From contig JAUIAG010000001.1 of assembly GCA_030425355.1 (NCBI GenBank), positions 790 to 64,789 on the forward strand: a stretch of DNA of 64,000 nucleotides. The letters run 5' to 3'. Source of the stretch: Verrucomicrobiia bacterium. Lineage in GTDB: Bacteria > Verrucomicrobiota > Verrucomicrobiia > Limisphaerales > JAJOIW01. Below the pieces are notes generated by a model. It saw only the letters and a list, made by a program, of their open reading frames with translations. It did not search any database and was not told the origin of the DNA. Of this stretch, positions 27,882 through 36,832 are shown piece by piece; the stretch's first letter is position 1, and each line of letters begins with the position of its first letter. A program made the position numbers and the translations under genes.

Positions 27882-29369
27882 TCAGGTGCCGATGATCTGG
27901 TGGATGGGGCGGCCAAAGTCGCTCTCGAGTCGTTTGTGGCCGGGCACTTCAAGTGATTTTTCATACATGCCCAGCTGGTGCAGCAGGGTGGCATGGACAT
28001 CTGTGACGTAGTGGGGATTTTCTACGGCATGAAAGCCGATTTCATCGGTGGCACCATGGACGATTCCGCCCTTGAGTCCTCCTCCGGCCATCCAGACTGA
28101 GAATCCGTATGGATGATGATCGCGCCCGTCGCCATTCTGGGACCCGGGGGTCCGTCCGAATTCAGTGGCAAACACAAGGAGCGTTTCATCGAGCATCCCC
28201 CTGGATTTGAGGTCCTGGATGAGCCCGGCGACGGGGCGGTCCACCTGCCGGGCCAGTCTTTCGTGGTTGGATTTCAGGCCTGAATGGGCATCCCATTCCC
28301 CGGCGGCCCCGTCGCCGTGCATGATCTGGATGAACCGGACTCCGCGTTCGACAAGTCGGCGGGCTGACAGCAGCTGCCGTCCAAAATTCCGGGTGGGGTC
28401 TTCATCCAGGCCGTAGAGCCGCCGGGTTGCCCCGGTTTCCCGGCTGACATCGAGTGTTTCCGGCACGGCAGTCTGCATACGGTAGGCCAGCTCATAGGAA
28501 CGGATCCGGGCTTCAAGGCGGGCGTCATCGGGATAGAGTCCGGCAGTAATGCGGTTGAGGCGGTTGGCGAGGCCGAAGCTCAGTTTCTGTTCATGCGGGC
28601 TGATATCTCCCTGGGGCTGTGCATAGGGAAGCGGTACATCGGCATTGACATTGAGTGGCACCGCATCGTGAGCAGGGCCGAGGTAATGGCCGTCGCGGCG
28701 ATCAAAAAAACGCGGCCCCATGGTGATGAATTTTGGAAGATTGTCGTTCAGTGATCCGAGACCATAACTTATCCATGCACCGATGGTAGGCACGCGCTCA
28801 TCGAGCATATGACGTCCGGAATGGAACTGCACCTGCGCCCCGTGATTGTCGTCGGTGGTCCACATGGATCGAATGATGGCGAGATCATCGACACAGCGAC
28901 CAATATGCGGAAACCAGTCACTGACAGGAATTCCCGACTGCCCGTATCTTTTGAAACCAATCTGTGTGGGATAGATTTTATTCCGCTGCTGGCCATTGGC
29001 ATCATTGACGACAACCACCCTGACTTTTTTGAGCAGCTCCGGATCCTGAACGCCGGCAAAGGGCGTCTCGCCGATACTCATCCCCTGATACCTGTCGATA
29101 GCCGGCTTGGGATCAAAGCTCTCAAGATGGCTGAGTCCACCCCGCAGGAAAACCCAGATGACGCTTTTGGCCTTTGGCGCAAACTGCGGGAGGCCGTTGA
29201 TGACTGCACCGGGTTCGGCGGCCTTCAATTCGTCCCGCAGCAGTGACTCAAGGGCCAGTCCGCCAAAACCCATTCCCATGCGGCAGAGAAATTCACGGCG
29301 GGAATTCAGTGGATACCTCAGCGCCGGCGTTCCGGCAAATCCCGTGCTCTTGTGTGGATGATGATTCAT
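27882..29369 (-). CDS. DUF1501 family protein (sulfatase/alkaline-phosphatase-like fold), Tat-exported
   Basis: Twin-arginine motif [18 protein letters not shown] and DUF1501 collinearity ([24 protein letters not shown]..., GG.KGG). It starts 24 nt downstream of the PSCyt/DUF1553 gene. Confidence 0.9.
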   Translation of the reverse strand: MNHHPHKSTGFAGTPALRYPLNSRREFLCRMGMGFGGLALESLLRDELKAAEPGAVINGLPQFAPKAKSVIWVFLRGGLSHLESFDPKPAIDRYQGMSIGETPFAGVQDPELLKKVRVVVVNDANGQQRNKIYPTQIGFKRYGQSGIPVSDWFPHIGRCVDDLAIIRSMWTTDDNHGAQVQFHSGRHMLDERVPTIGAWISYGLGSLNDNLPKFITMGPRFFDRRDGHYLGPAHDAVPLNVNADVPLPYAQPQGDISPHEQKLSFGLANRLNRITAGLYPDDARLEARIRSYELAYRMQTAVPETLDVSRETGATRRLYGLDEDPTRNFGRQLLSARRLVERGVRFIQIMHGDGAAGEWDAHSGLKSNHERLARQVDRPVAGLIQDLKSRGMLDETLLVFATEFGRTPGSQNGDGRDHHPYGFSVWMAGGGLKGGIVHGATDEIGFHAVENPHYVTDVHATLLHQLGMYEKSLEVPGHKRLESDFGRPIHQIIGT

Positions 29370-29393
29370 GGTGCCTTGATGGGGTGATCCGGT

Positions 29394-32051
29394 TCAACGA
29401 ATGGTGATGAAATCATTGTGATTCAGGAGGGCATGGATGAGGACAATGCGGGCCCGCTCATCGGGTAATTCCTGGAGCTGGCCGATACACTCCCGGGTTT
29501 CATCGGGCATTGGAGCGCGTCCCAGGACAGTGAGGAAAGCCTCTCTGATGAAGTCCCCGACTGGGATGCTCCGTCCGCCGGATTGTTCGAGGATATTTGC
29601 TGCGATCCGGGCTGCCATATTGAGAGTCAGCGAGCTGTTGGCCATGGCCAGAGCCTGCTGCGGAATGATGCTTTCGTCGCGTCGGTAACACCTTTCAATA
29701 TCGGCATCATCGAACTGCACGAGAAATGGATTCTGGTCATCACGGGAGTGGAGGAAATAGAGACTTCGCCGATGCGGCGGGCCCTGGGCATCGGCTTTGA
29801 CTGATGGTCCGCCGATGGAAAGATCGAGGGCCGAGGCGAGGTGCAGGACCGAGTCCCGGATCACCTGTGACTCCATGCGGACAGGATTCCTTTTCCAGAA
29901 CAGGGAGTTATCCGGGTCCGCCGTGTGAGAAGGATGGTCTTGCGGCACCATCCCACCCCGCCGCCATGCCTCGGAAGTCAGAATGATTCGATGCAGGTCT
30001 TTCAGATGCCAACCGCTTTCCATGAAATCAACTGCGAGGAAATCCAGCAGATCCTGGAGCTCGGGCGAGGGCTGCCGTCTCCCGAAATCCTCGACCGATG
30101 GCACAAGGGGCTCACCAAAATGACGCATCCAGACGTGGTTGACCGCCACCCGTGCGGTGAGAGGGTTGTCATTCGAGGCAATCCACCGGGCAAGAGCGAG
30201 TCGACGGCCGGTGCTGTGATCGGGAAATGGCTTTCGCCTTGATTCCTCGGTTTCAGCCGGCGACTCCAACGCCTTCAGGGCCGGACGGTGAACCGGGTAA
30301 TCCGCCGGCCAGTCCTCCTTTCCGGTCAGGACTTTCAGTTTCTCAAGAGCCTTGTCCAGTTTATGCTGGATGTCCGCTTTCTGCTCTTCGGAAACATCAT
30401 GCAGTTCCAGCCTGGCTGCCGCGACCTGCCATGACACGAGGGTCATCTCCCGGTTTTTCCATGCAGCCACAGCCCTCTTTCCGGCCTCAATCGCCGGCCC
30501 GGAATCCACACCGGAAAAGACCCTTTCTCTTTCAGCTTCCCAGGAGGCAAGGCGGAAGGATCGTTCGGCGAGATCCTTCTGAAGCGCTGACTCCATCTCG
30601 AGCCTTGCCAACTCGTTGCGGCGCGAATCGGCAGATCCGGTATCCATGCCGGAATTGCGGATGCGTTCCCGAAGAGACTCGATACGCCGGTCACATTCCG
30701 CCAGCCGGTCATCGAGGACATGCCGGCGGATTCCCGGATAATACTCCTCAGGCTTCAGTGAAACCCGCTGCGCAGCAAGCCCCTGCGGTCCGGCGATAAT
30801 CTCCGGAAGGCCCGGTTCAATCGGGTGGCCGGTATCGGGGTTTTTTTCATCGCCGCGGATATGGAGATATGTCGCTGCTTCAGGGTGGGCATCAAAGGCC
30901 CGGGGAATGCCGCCGGATTCCACACTGAGGTGACCGGGGACGGGGTCGAGACGGATCTGATGCGGTTCAAAGATGGCGCGAAACTGGTAGTAATTCTTCT
31001 GACTGACCGGGTCATATTTATGATCATGACATTTGGCACAATTAAGGGTCAGTCCGAGAAAACCTTTGCCTACATGTTCAATTGTCATGTCGAGCCATGT
31101 AGTGCGGTTGAACAGGTAGTAATTCCGAGCCAGGAACCCGGTGGCCCGGAGGGTGTCCGGATCGCCGGGGGCCAGTTCGTCACCAGCCAGCATCTCCACA
31201 ATCATCCGGTCGTAACCCTTGTCATCATTGAGACTTTCAATGATCCAGTCGCGCCAGTGCCAGATATGTTTCTGGGAATATCTCAGCTGCTCGCCCAGTC
31301 CATACCAGTCCGAGTATCGCCACACATCCATCCAGTGACGGCCCCAGCGTTCCCCGTAGTGCGGACTGAGAAGCAGCTGGTCGACAAGGCGGTCCCAACG
31401 GGTGGCTTCCGGCATGGAGAAATAGGCATCAAAGTCTTCACGGGTGGGCGGGAGGCCAAGGAGGTCGAGATAAATCCGGCGGACCAGCGTCTCCTCCGGA
31501 GCGCGTTCCACGGGAATAATTCCGGCCTCCCGGTATTTCCGGGCAAGGAACAGGTCGACCGGATTTCCATCAGCTCCATCAACCGCGGGGAGAGCCGGCG
31601 CTTCGGGTGGCTGGAAGGCCCAGTGGGCGGCGGGATCGGCTTCCGGTTTTTCCGCCACGGGCCCGGGGGATCCGGCCGCAATCCACTTTTCGATGAGCCG
31701 GATGGTTTCCTCCCCGATGGGCTCTCCTTCAGGAGGCATACGGTCATCCGGATCACCGGCCCTCAGGCGCCGGACCAGTTCACTGCGGCCGGGATCGTTC
31801 CCGTGGACGACCATGTCGCCATCAGCGCCGGAACGGATCAGTTCGGCAGTATCCAGCCGCAGCCCCGCCTTCTGTTTCAATGCCCCATGGCAGGCATAGC
31901 ATCGATCCTTGAATACCGGCTTGATGAAATCGACGTAAGCCCCCAGCCCGTCCCCGGGCTCCTCGCTCAGGATTCGAGATTCCGGCACCAGAATACCCAG
32001 CAGCACAATAACCGGATATAAAAGGCAGGAACTTTGTCGGAAGATGGGCAT
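29394..32051 (-). CDS. PSCyt/DUF1549/DUF1553 domain protein (planctomycete-type cytochrome c family)
   Basis: N-terminal CYACHG...KAGLRLD haem-binding motif, internal CAKCHDHKYDP motif and a DUF1553-type C-terminus (LNHNDFITIR). Confidence 0.9.
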   Translation of the reverse strand: MPIFRQSSCLLYPVIVLLGILVPESRILSEEPGDGLGAYVDFIKPVFKDRCYACHGALKQKAGLRLDTAELIRSGADGDMVVHGNDPGRSELVRRLRAGDPDDRMPPEGEPIGEETIRLIEKWIAAGSPGPVAEKPEADPAAHWAFQPPEAPALPAVDGADGNPVDLFLARKYREAGIIPVERAPEETLVRRIYLDLLGLPPTREDFDAYFSMPEATRWDRLVDQLLLSPHYGERWGRHWMDVWRYSDWYGLGEQLRYSQKHIWHWRDWIIESLNDDKGYDRMIVEMLAGDELAPGDPDTLRATGFLARNYYLFNRTTWLDMTIEHVGKGFLGLTLNCAKCHDHKYDPVSQKNYYQFRAIFEPHQIRLDPVPGHLSVESGGIPRAFDAHPEAATYLHIRGDEKNPDTGHPIEPGLPEIIAGPQGLAAQRVSLKPEEYYPGIRRHVLDDRLAECDRRIESLRERIRNSGMDTGSADSRRNELARLEMESALQKDLAERSFRLASWEAERERVFSGVDSGPAIEAGKRAVAAWKNREMTLVSWQVAAARLELHDVSEEQKADIQHKLDKALEKLKVLTGKEDWPADYPVHRPALKALESPAETEESRRKPFPDHSTGRRLALARWIASNDNPLTARVAVNHVWMRHFGEPLVPSVEDFGRRQPSPELQDLLDFLAVDFMESGWHLKDLHRIILTSEAWRRGGMVPQDHPSHTADPDNSLFWKRNPVRMESQVIRDSVLHLASALDLSIGGPSVKADAQGPPHRRSLYFLHSRDDQNPFLVQFDDADIERCYRRDESIIPQQALAMANSSLTLNMAARIAANILEQSGGRSIPVGDFIREAFLTVLGRAPMPDETRECIGQLQELPDERARIVLIHALLNHNDFITIR

Positions 32052-32120
32052 GGTGGTAAATTACCATTCCGCCTCATGCCTCGAAAAGTCCTTTCTGAAG
32101 CGACAAATCCGGCTGTTTTC

Positions 32121-32978
32121 TCAGGATTTTCTGGTACCTGGGAAGAACTGCGCGACTTCGGAATCCTGAAGGACCCGCCACTTGCCGGGCTTGAGGCTGC
32201 CGAGTTTTATCGGGCCGATCTGGATGCGCCTGAGGTTTTCCACCTTGTGCCCGAGGAATTTCATGATGCGGCGGATTTCCCGGTTACGGCCTTCGAGGAG
32301 GTCCATTTCGATGAGGCTTCCGGAGAAGTCGTGGGCCAGCACGCGCGCCGAGGCGGCCCGAAGGACCTCCCTTCCCAGGCGGATGCCCTCGAGAGCCGGT
32401 CGGAGGTCACGATTTTCCACTTTGCCGCGAACAGTCACCCGGTATTTTTTCAGGACGCCATATCGCGGATGGGTGACGCGAAGGCAGAAATCGCCGTCAT
32501 TGGTCATGAAGATCAACCCTTCGGATTCCCGGTCCAGACGCCCGACAGGATAGACGGAAGCCCACTCCGGTGGAATGAGGTCAGCAAGGATCGACCGGCC
32601 CATTTCATCCGCCCTGGTGCAGACGTATCCCATGGGCTTGTATATGGCCAGGTAGCGCTTTTTCTGGGGGCGTATCTCCGTCCCGTCAACCGCAACGACA
32701 TCCCGGACCGGATCCACAGGTGTGCCCGGCCGGGTGATACGTTTTCCGTTGATGGTCACCCGTCCGTCCTCGACCATCTTTTCTCCGGCACGCCGGGAAC
32801 ACAGTCCGGCGTCACTGAGATACTTCTGTATCCGCACGGTTCCGGCTGAGGCTGCCTCACGCCCGGCGGCGCTGCCTGTTCCGGTCTGCCCCTTTTGCCT
32901 GCCCATGCTCCTTCCTCTGCCTGATTGCCCCGAAGGTTTCCCTGACTTTTTATGACTCCTGTCCTGCTCCATGCTCAT
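32121..32978 (-). CDS. Pseudouridine synthase, RsuA/RluB family, with S4 domain and basic N-terminal tail
   Basis: S4 domain (RIQKYLSDAGLCSRRAGEKMVEDGRVTING) and catalytic motif VYPVGRLDRESEGLIFMTNDG. Start taken at ATG 32978, because the longer ORF would overlap the small basic protein gene. Confidence 0.85.
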   Translation of the reverse strand: MSMEQDRSHKKSGKPSGQSGRGRSMGRQKGQTGTGSAAGREAASAGTVRIQKYLSDAGLCSRRAGEKMVEDGRVTINGKRITRPGTPVDPVRDVVAVDGTEIRPQKKRYLAIYKPMGYVCTRADEMGRSILADLIPPEWASVYPVGRLDRESEGLIFMTNDGDFCLRVTHPRYGVLKKYRVTVRGKVENRDLRPALEGIRLGREVLRAASARVLAHDFSGSLIEMDLLEGRNREIRRIMKFLGHKVENLRRIQIGPIKLGSLKPGKWRVLQDSEVAQFFPGTRKS

Positions 32979-33063
32979 CCTTTGCCGTGGTGTAGACGCA
33001 AAAAACAAGGGCTCGGTGTTTCCACCAAACCCTTGCCGCAAATTGCTGATTCTCAGGCGGGGT

Positions 33064-33216
33064 CTACTCGGCCCGTGTTTTCCGGAGGCCGATGACACGG
33101 TCACCGGGTTTCCACTGCCCGCGCTTGCGCAGGATTTCGACGCGCTCAAAGCGCTTGAGGACACTCCGTTTGCCGCCAAGTGTCGACGCGCCTTTCAAAC
33201 TCTTATGCTGTGACAT
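33064..33216 (-). CDS. Small basic protein (50 aa), not in supplied ORF track
   Basis: Hand translation of the minus strand gives MSQHKSLKGASTLGGKRSVLKRFERVEILRKRGQWKPGDRVIGLRKTRAE, ending at TAG. It has 15 K/R against 4 D/E. A purine-rich stretch (gaaaggaaagagag) sits directly upstream of the ATG. It resembles a conserved small basic protein family I recall from Chlamydiae/Verrucomicrobia. Confidence 0.7.
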   Translation of the reverse strand: MSQHKSLKGASTLGGKRSVLKRFERVEILRKRGQWKPGDRVIGLRKTRAE

Positions 33217-33318
33217 CTCTCTTTCCTTTCAGTAAAAGTGAATTTCCATCCGGTCAGGAACAGTGGAGAATAAGGGAATGGTCCCGGTATTCAAGCAGAA
33301 ATTTCCGAGAATAAACGC

Positions 33319-34437
33319 TCAGTAGACATCGCGGAGGTAGCGGTGGTCCGACTTGAGGTTTTTCATATAATCCTCAACCTGTTCCAGGGGCACCCTGCCG
33401 AATTCCTGGATGATCTTCTTGAGCATGTTGTCGACATCGACGGCCATGCGTTTGGCATCGCCACACACATAGAAGACGGCACCCTTCTCCAGCCAGTTCC
33501 AGATTTCAGCGCCGTGCTCGAACATCCGGTTCTGCACGTAGATTTTTTCGGCCTGGTCGCGTGAGAATGCGGTGTCGAGGCGGGTCAGGAGTCCGCTTTT
33601 CTTCCATCCCTCGAGCTGCTCGCGGTAAAGGAAGTCTGTGGCCTCATGCTGGTCTCCGAAGAAAAGCCAGTTTTCGCCCTTGCTGCCCGTGGCTTCGCGA
33701 TCCTGGAGGAAGGCAATGAAGGGCGCTATTCCTGTTCCGGGGCCAATCATGATGATGGGGGTGTCGCCGTCGTCCGGCAGCCGGAAAGTCTTGGTGGCCT
33801 GAACAAAGGTTGGCACTGTCTCCTGGTCGGCAATGCGGTCGGCGAGGTATGTGGAGCAGACACCTTTCCGCATTCTTCCATCGACTTCGAGGGTGACAAC
33901 CCCCACGGTCAGGTGGATTTCATCCGGGTGTTTTCTCGGGCTGGAGGCGATGCTGTAGAGACGCGGCTGCAGTTTACCGAGTTGCTCAAAAAGTTCTTCG
34001 ACCGTGACGTCCTGTAGGGGGAATTTGGCCAGGAAGTCAATGATGTCGCGGTCTTCAGTCAGCTCGATCATCGCCTGTTTGTCGGCGGCAACCTCCTCAA
34101 GCTGCGGATAATTTCCCTTGCGGGCCGCCCAGTTGATGAACTTCTTGCTGACCTTGCTGATGTTGAAATCGGAAAGAAGTTTTTCATAAACGCTCGTTGT
34201 TCCCGAGTCATCGGTCCAGGGAGCGTCTCCATCAATTCCGAGAGTCTCCAGAAGCAGCCGGGTCATCTCCGGACAGTTTTTCGGAGCGACTCCGAGTGAG
34301 TCTCCACAGTCATAGGACATTCCGGACCCCTTGATGCTGAAGATGACATGACGGGTGTCCTTGGCTGAACCGTCACCATTCAGACGGTAATTTCCACAAT
34401 AGGGCGCTGGAAACGGATTCTTACGATTATATTGCAC
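33319..34437 (-). CDS. CysJ-like FAD/NADPH-binding reductase (FNR-type domain only, no flavodoxin domain)
   Basis: RLYSIASSP (FAD), IMIGPGTGIAPF (NADPH), YVCGDAKRMAVDV and the C-terminal RYLRDVY. 372 aa; GTG start. Confidence 0.8.
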   Translation of the reverse strand: MQYNRKNPFPAPYCGNYRLNGDGSAKDTRHVIFSIKGSGMSYDCGDSLGVAPKNCPEMTRLLLETLGIDGDAPWTDDSGTTSVYEKLLSDFNISKVSKKFINWAARKGNYPQLEEVAADKQAMIELTEDRDIIDFLAKFPLQDVTVEELFEQLGKLQPRLYSIASSPRKHPDEIHLTVGVVTLEVDGRMRKGVCSTYLADRIADQETVPTFVQATKTFRLPDDGDTPIIMIGPGTGIAPFIAFLQDREATGSKGENWLFFGDQHEATDFLYREQLEGWKKSGLLTRLDTAFSRDQAEKIYVQNRMFEHGAEIWNWLEKGAVFYVCGDAKRMAVDVDNMLKKIIQEFGRVPLEQVEDYMKNLKSDHRYLRDVY

Positions 34438-34621
34438 TTTGTATCTATTGATAGTTGAACCGTGACTGGGTCATGCAGGAAACACGCGCGATGCCGGACC
34501 GGCCGTGCCACTGCAGCCTTCCATCATCCATATCCCCAATCGAAGGTCAAAGATTCTTTTGACACAACAGACAGGCAGGCGGGGAGATGGCTGACAGGAG
34601 AAAATGCGGTTATTGTTTCAG

Positions 34622-35464
34622 CTACCTGCTGCCTGGTGAGCCGGATTCAGAGTATGCCGGCCTGCTCTCCTCAACACTGCCGTGTCGCTGAGGATTGCAC
34701 CCGGTGAGGAAATCGACAATGTCCCGCTTCAGGGACTGGTATTCACGGGTGGACGGAAAGGAACCGCTGCCTTGAAAAAGATGCACCGGAACCGGGAATC
34801 CGGGACCGAGAGTCGCTCCGGGCCCGCGGGTCAGTGGAAAGATACGGTCCGCCATCAGAATCGCCTCCTCCAGATCATTGGTCATGAGGATCACCGTCTT
34901 GCCTGATTTTCTCAGCGCATGGCGGAGGTCATGCTGGAGATCGGGCCGATCAGCGGCAGGAACCCTGTTCAAAGGCTCATCGATGAGCACAAGACGGGAT
35001 CCGCCTGCCAGGCAGATGGCCAGTGAAAGCCTGATCCGATCAGCCTGTGCAAGACGGTCGACAGGCACGATGCTCCGTTCCGACAGTCCGCATTCGGAGA
35101 GAAGCTCACGGACACGCGCCTCAAGTTCCACAACTTCCTGGTCCGGCGATGAAAGCCTGAGTGCATCCATGAGAGTCTTTTCGACCGACTCCTCCGGCAC
35201 CCCCCCTTCCCGGCCAAGAATATGCGTCAGCCGATGGTCCGGGCCATGCACGGACTGACCCCCGAGGAGAATTTCCCCGCGGTCAGGAGACTCATCCCCG
35301 GACAGGAGGGAAAGAAGTGTGGATTTTCCGGATCCGCTGAAGCCGGTTATGGCTATGAATTCTCCCTCCGGCACCTCAAGATGGACACCATCAAGTACTA
35401 TTTTCCGTTCGTACCCTTCAATGGAAAATCCCTTGGAGACCCCCCTTATTTCGACATATGGCAT
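34622..35464 (-). CDS. ABC-type ATPase, NitT/TauT (NrtD/SsuB)-like, with degenerate catalytic motifs; orphan
   Basis: Walker A (GFSGSGKST) and Walker B (LVLIDEP) are intact. The Q-loop position reads ILGRE, the signature reads LAQAD instead of LSGGQ, and the H-loop reads TNDLEEA instead of THD. No permease or binding-protein gene is adjacent. Confidence 0.8.
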   Translation of the reverse strand: MPYVEIRGVSKGFSIEGYERKIVLDGVHLEVPEGEFIAITGFSGSGKSTLLSLLSGDESPDRGEILLGGQSVHGPDHRLTHILGREGGVPEESVEKTLMDALRLSSPDQEVVELEARVRELLSECGLSERSIVPVDRLAQADRIRLSLAICLAGGSRLVLIDEPLNRVPAADRPDLQHDLRHALRKSGKTVILMTNDLEEAILMADRIFPLTRGPGATLGPGFPVPVHLFQGSGSFPSTREYQSLKRDIVDFLTGCNPQRHGSVEESRPAYSESGSPGSR

Positions 35465-35918
35465 GACAACTCCTCAATTGTGGCTTGTAGTAGTTCATTA
35501 CGGCCACTGAAATGAACGCGATGCCGAAGATCCCGAAAGTCCTCGTCATAAACTCCACATCAGCACCCCCTGATCCCTGACATGCGGTTTCCTGAAAAAC
35601 CTTACCCTGCATGTCTGGCTTCGAGCAGAAACGATACCAACTGTGGAAGAGACTTATGTGGCAGATGACCGCGCCCGTCTGGCGCCGAATCCGATCAAAT
35701 TCACCGCTGTTTCAAACCCTCATTGAGGCCCGGGCCACGAGAATGAGTGACAGGTATCACAATAATGAAATACATTCATCCAACTATCGCGAAAAAGGAG
35801 AATAATTTGCCGCTTTGACTGTGAATGGAAGTGGCCCGAATTGGACAGGTGAATAAAAATAGCCACTGCCTCGGTGCAACCGGCGGGGAGTGAAGGGGAT
35901 GCGATACAGGGATGCGAA

Positions 35919-36707
35919 TCAGAGCCCGCTGGGATCATCGAGAAAGGTCCATGGAATGCCGAACTTTTCGGACAATTCAGCAGCCAGAGCCCTGACGCCG
36001 AAAGTCTCGGTGGCATAATGGCCGCCGTAATAGACATTCAGGCGGAGTTCCTGGGCGAGGGCATATGTCCAGTGAGGCCCTTCACCTGTTATGAACGTAT
36101 CCACGCCTTCTGCGGCGAGAGCGGCCATTTCGGAGCCGGCTCCGCCGGTGATCACCGCCACTCTGCGGGATATTTCGGGACCGAACCGGATGACGTGAGG
36201 GGCTCTGCCGAGGGCGCTTCCGAGTCGGTCTTCGAGCTGATCCCCTGAGATTTCAGTATCCCCGTATATCCCCAGATCAATGCCTCGGGTTTTGAAAAAG
36301 GGGATCGGTTTTCCCAGATCGAGGGCTTTGAAGAGAAGGGCGTTATTGCCGATTTCGGGATGAATATCCAGGGGCAGGTGTGAACTGTAGACGGCAATGT
36401 TGTTCTGCAGGAGGGTTCTGGCCATTGTCAGAGTGGCACCGGTCCATGGGACACGGGGTGTCCAGAACAGTCCATGATGAACGATGAGAAGATCGACCTC
36501 CTGGAGCACAGCCTGGCGGATGATACTCAGACTGGCATCCACAGCTGCGCCGAGACGTGTCACGCCTCCATCATTCTCCACCTGGAGTCCATTGACCGCT
36601 CCTTTGTAATCCTCAATCGATTCAGGCTGCAGCCGGTGGTTGCAGTGAGCGACGAGGTCGTGAAGGGCGACGGGTTTCCGGCCCGGGTCCTTTGTGGATT
36701 GGCTCAT
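35919..36707 (-). CDS. Nif3-like dinuclear metal centre protein
   Basis: 262 aa with the typical Nif3 pattern (LLIVHHGLFW, YSSHLPLD, ITGE...HYATE). Confidence 0.8.
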   Translation of the reverse strand: MSQSTKDPGRKPVALHDLVAHCNHRLQPESIEDYKGAVNGLQVENDGGVTRLGAAVDASLSIIRQAVLQEVDLLIVHHGLFWTPRVPWTGATLTMARTLLQNNIAVYSSHLPLDIHPEIGNNALLFKALDLGKPIPFFKTRGIDLGIYGDTEISGDQLEDRLGSALGRAPHVIRFGPEISRRVAVITGGAGSEMAALAAEGVDTFITGEGPHWTYALAQELRLNVYYGGHYATETFGVRALAAELSEKFGIPWTFLDDPSGL

Positions 36708-36832
36708 ACCTGAAGCCTAGAGGAATTCGGCTGCGGCGAAAAGAATGCACTTGTCTGTGCCGGCAAGAAGGGTGCGACAGAGTGCTGGCTTGTGTGAGTG
36801 GAGGGGCAACATTATTCTGAACGTATATCAAT

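Noticed and set aside
30825-32849. Plus-strand ORFs of 398 aa (30825-32021) and 271 aa (32034-32849), opposite the PSCyt/DUF1553 and pseudouridine synthase genes.
   Set aside because: They are antisense shadows of genes with strong motif support and have no motifs of their own.
35535-35542. GAAAGTCC string reminiscent of the RNase P RNA conserved region, in the long 454-nt spacer.
   Set aside because: The flanks do not match GAGGAAAGUCCGGGC, and none of the other universally conserved RNase P blocks is present in the spacer on either strand.
36708-36832. Possible Moco riboswitch upstream of the molybdoenzyme (SorA-like) gene.
   Set aside because: I could not find the conserved Moco-motif elements as I remember them. 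The region is only 125 nt and doubles as a divergent promoter. A covariance-model scan would settle it.
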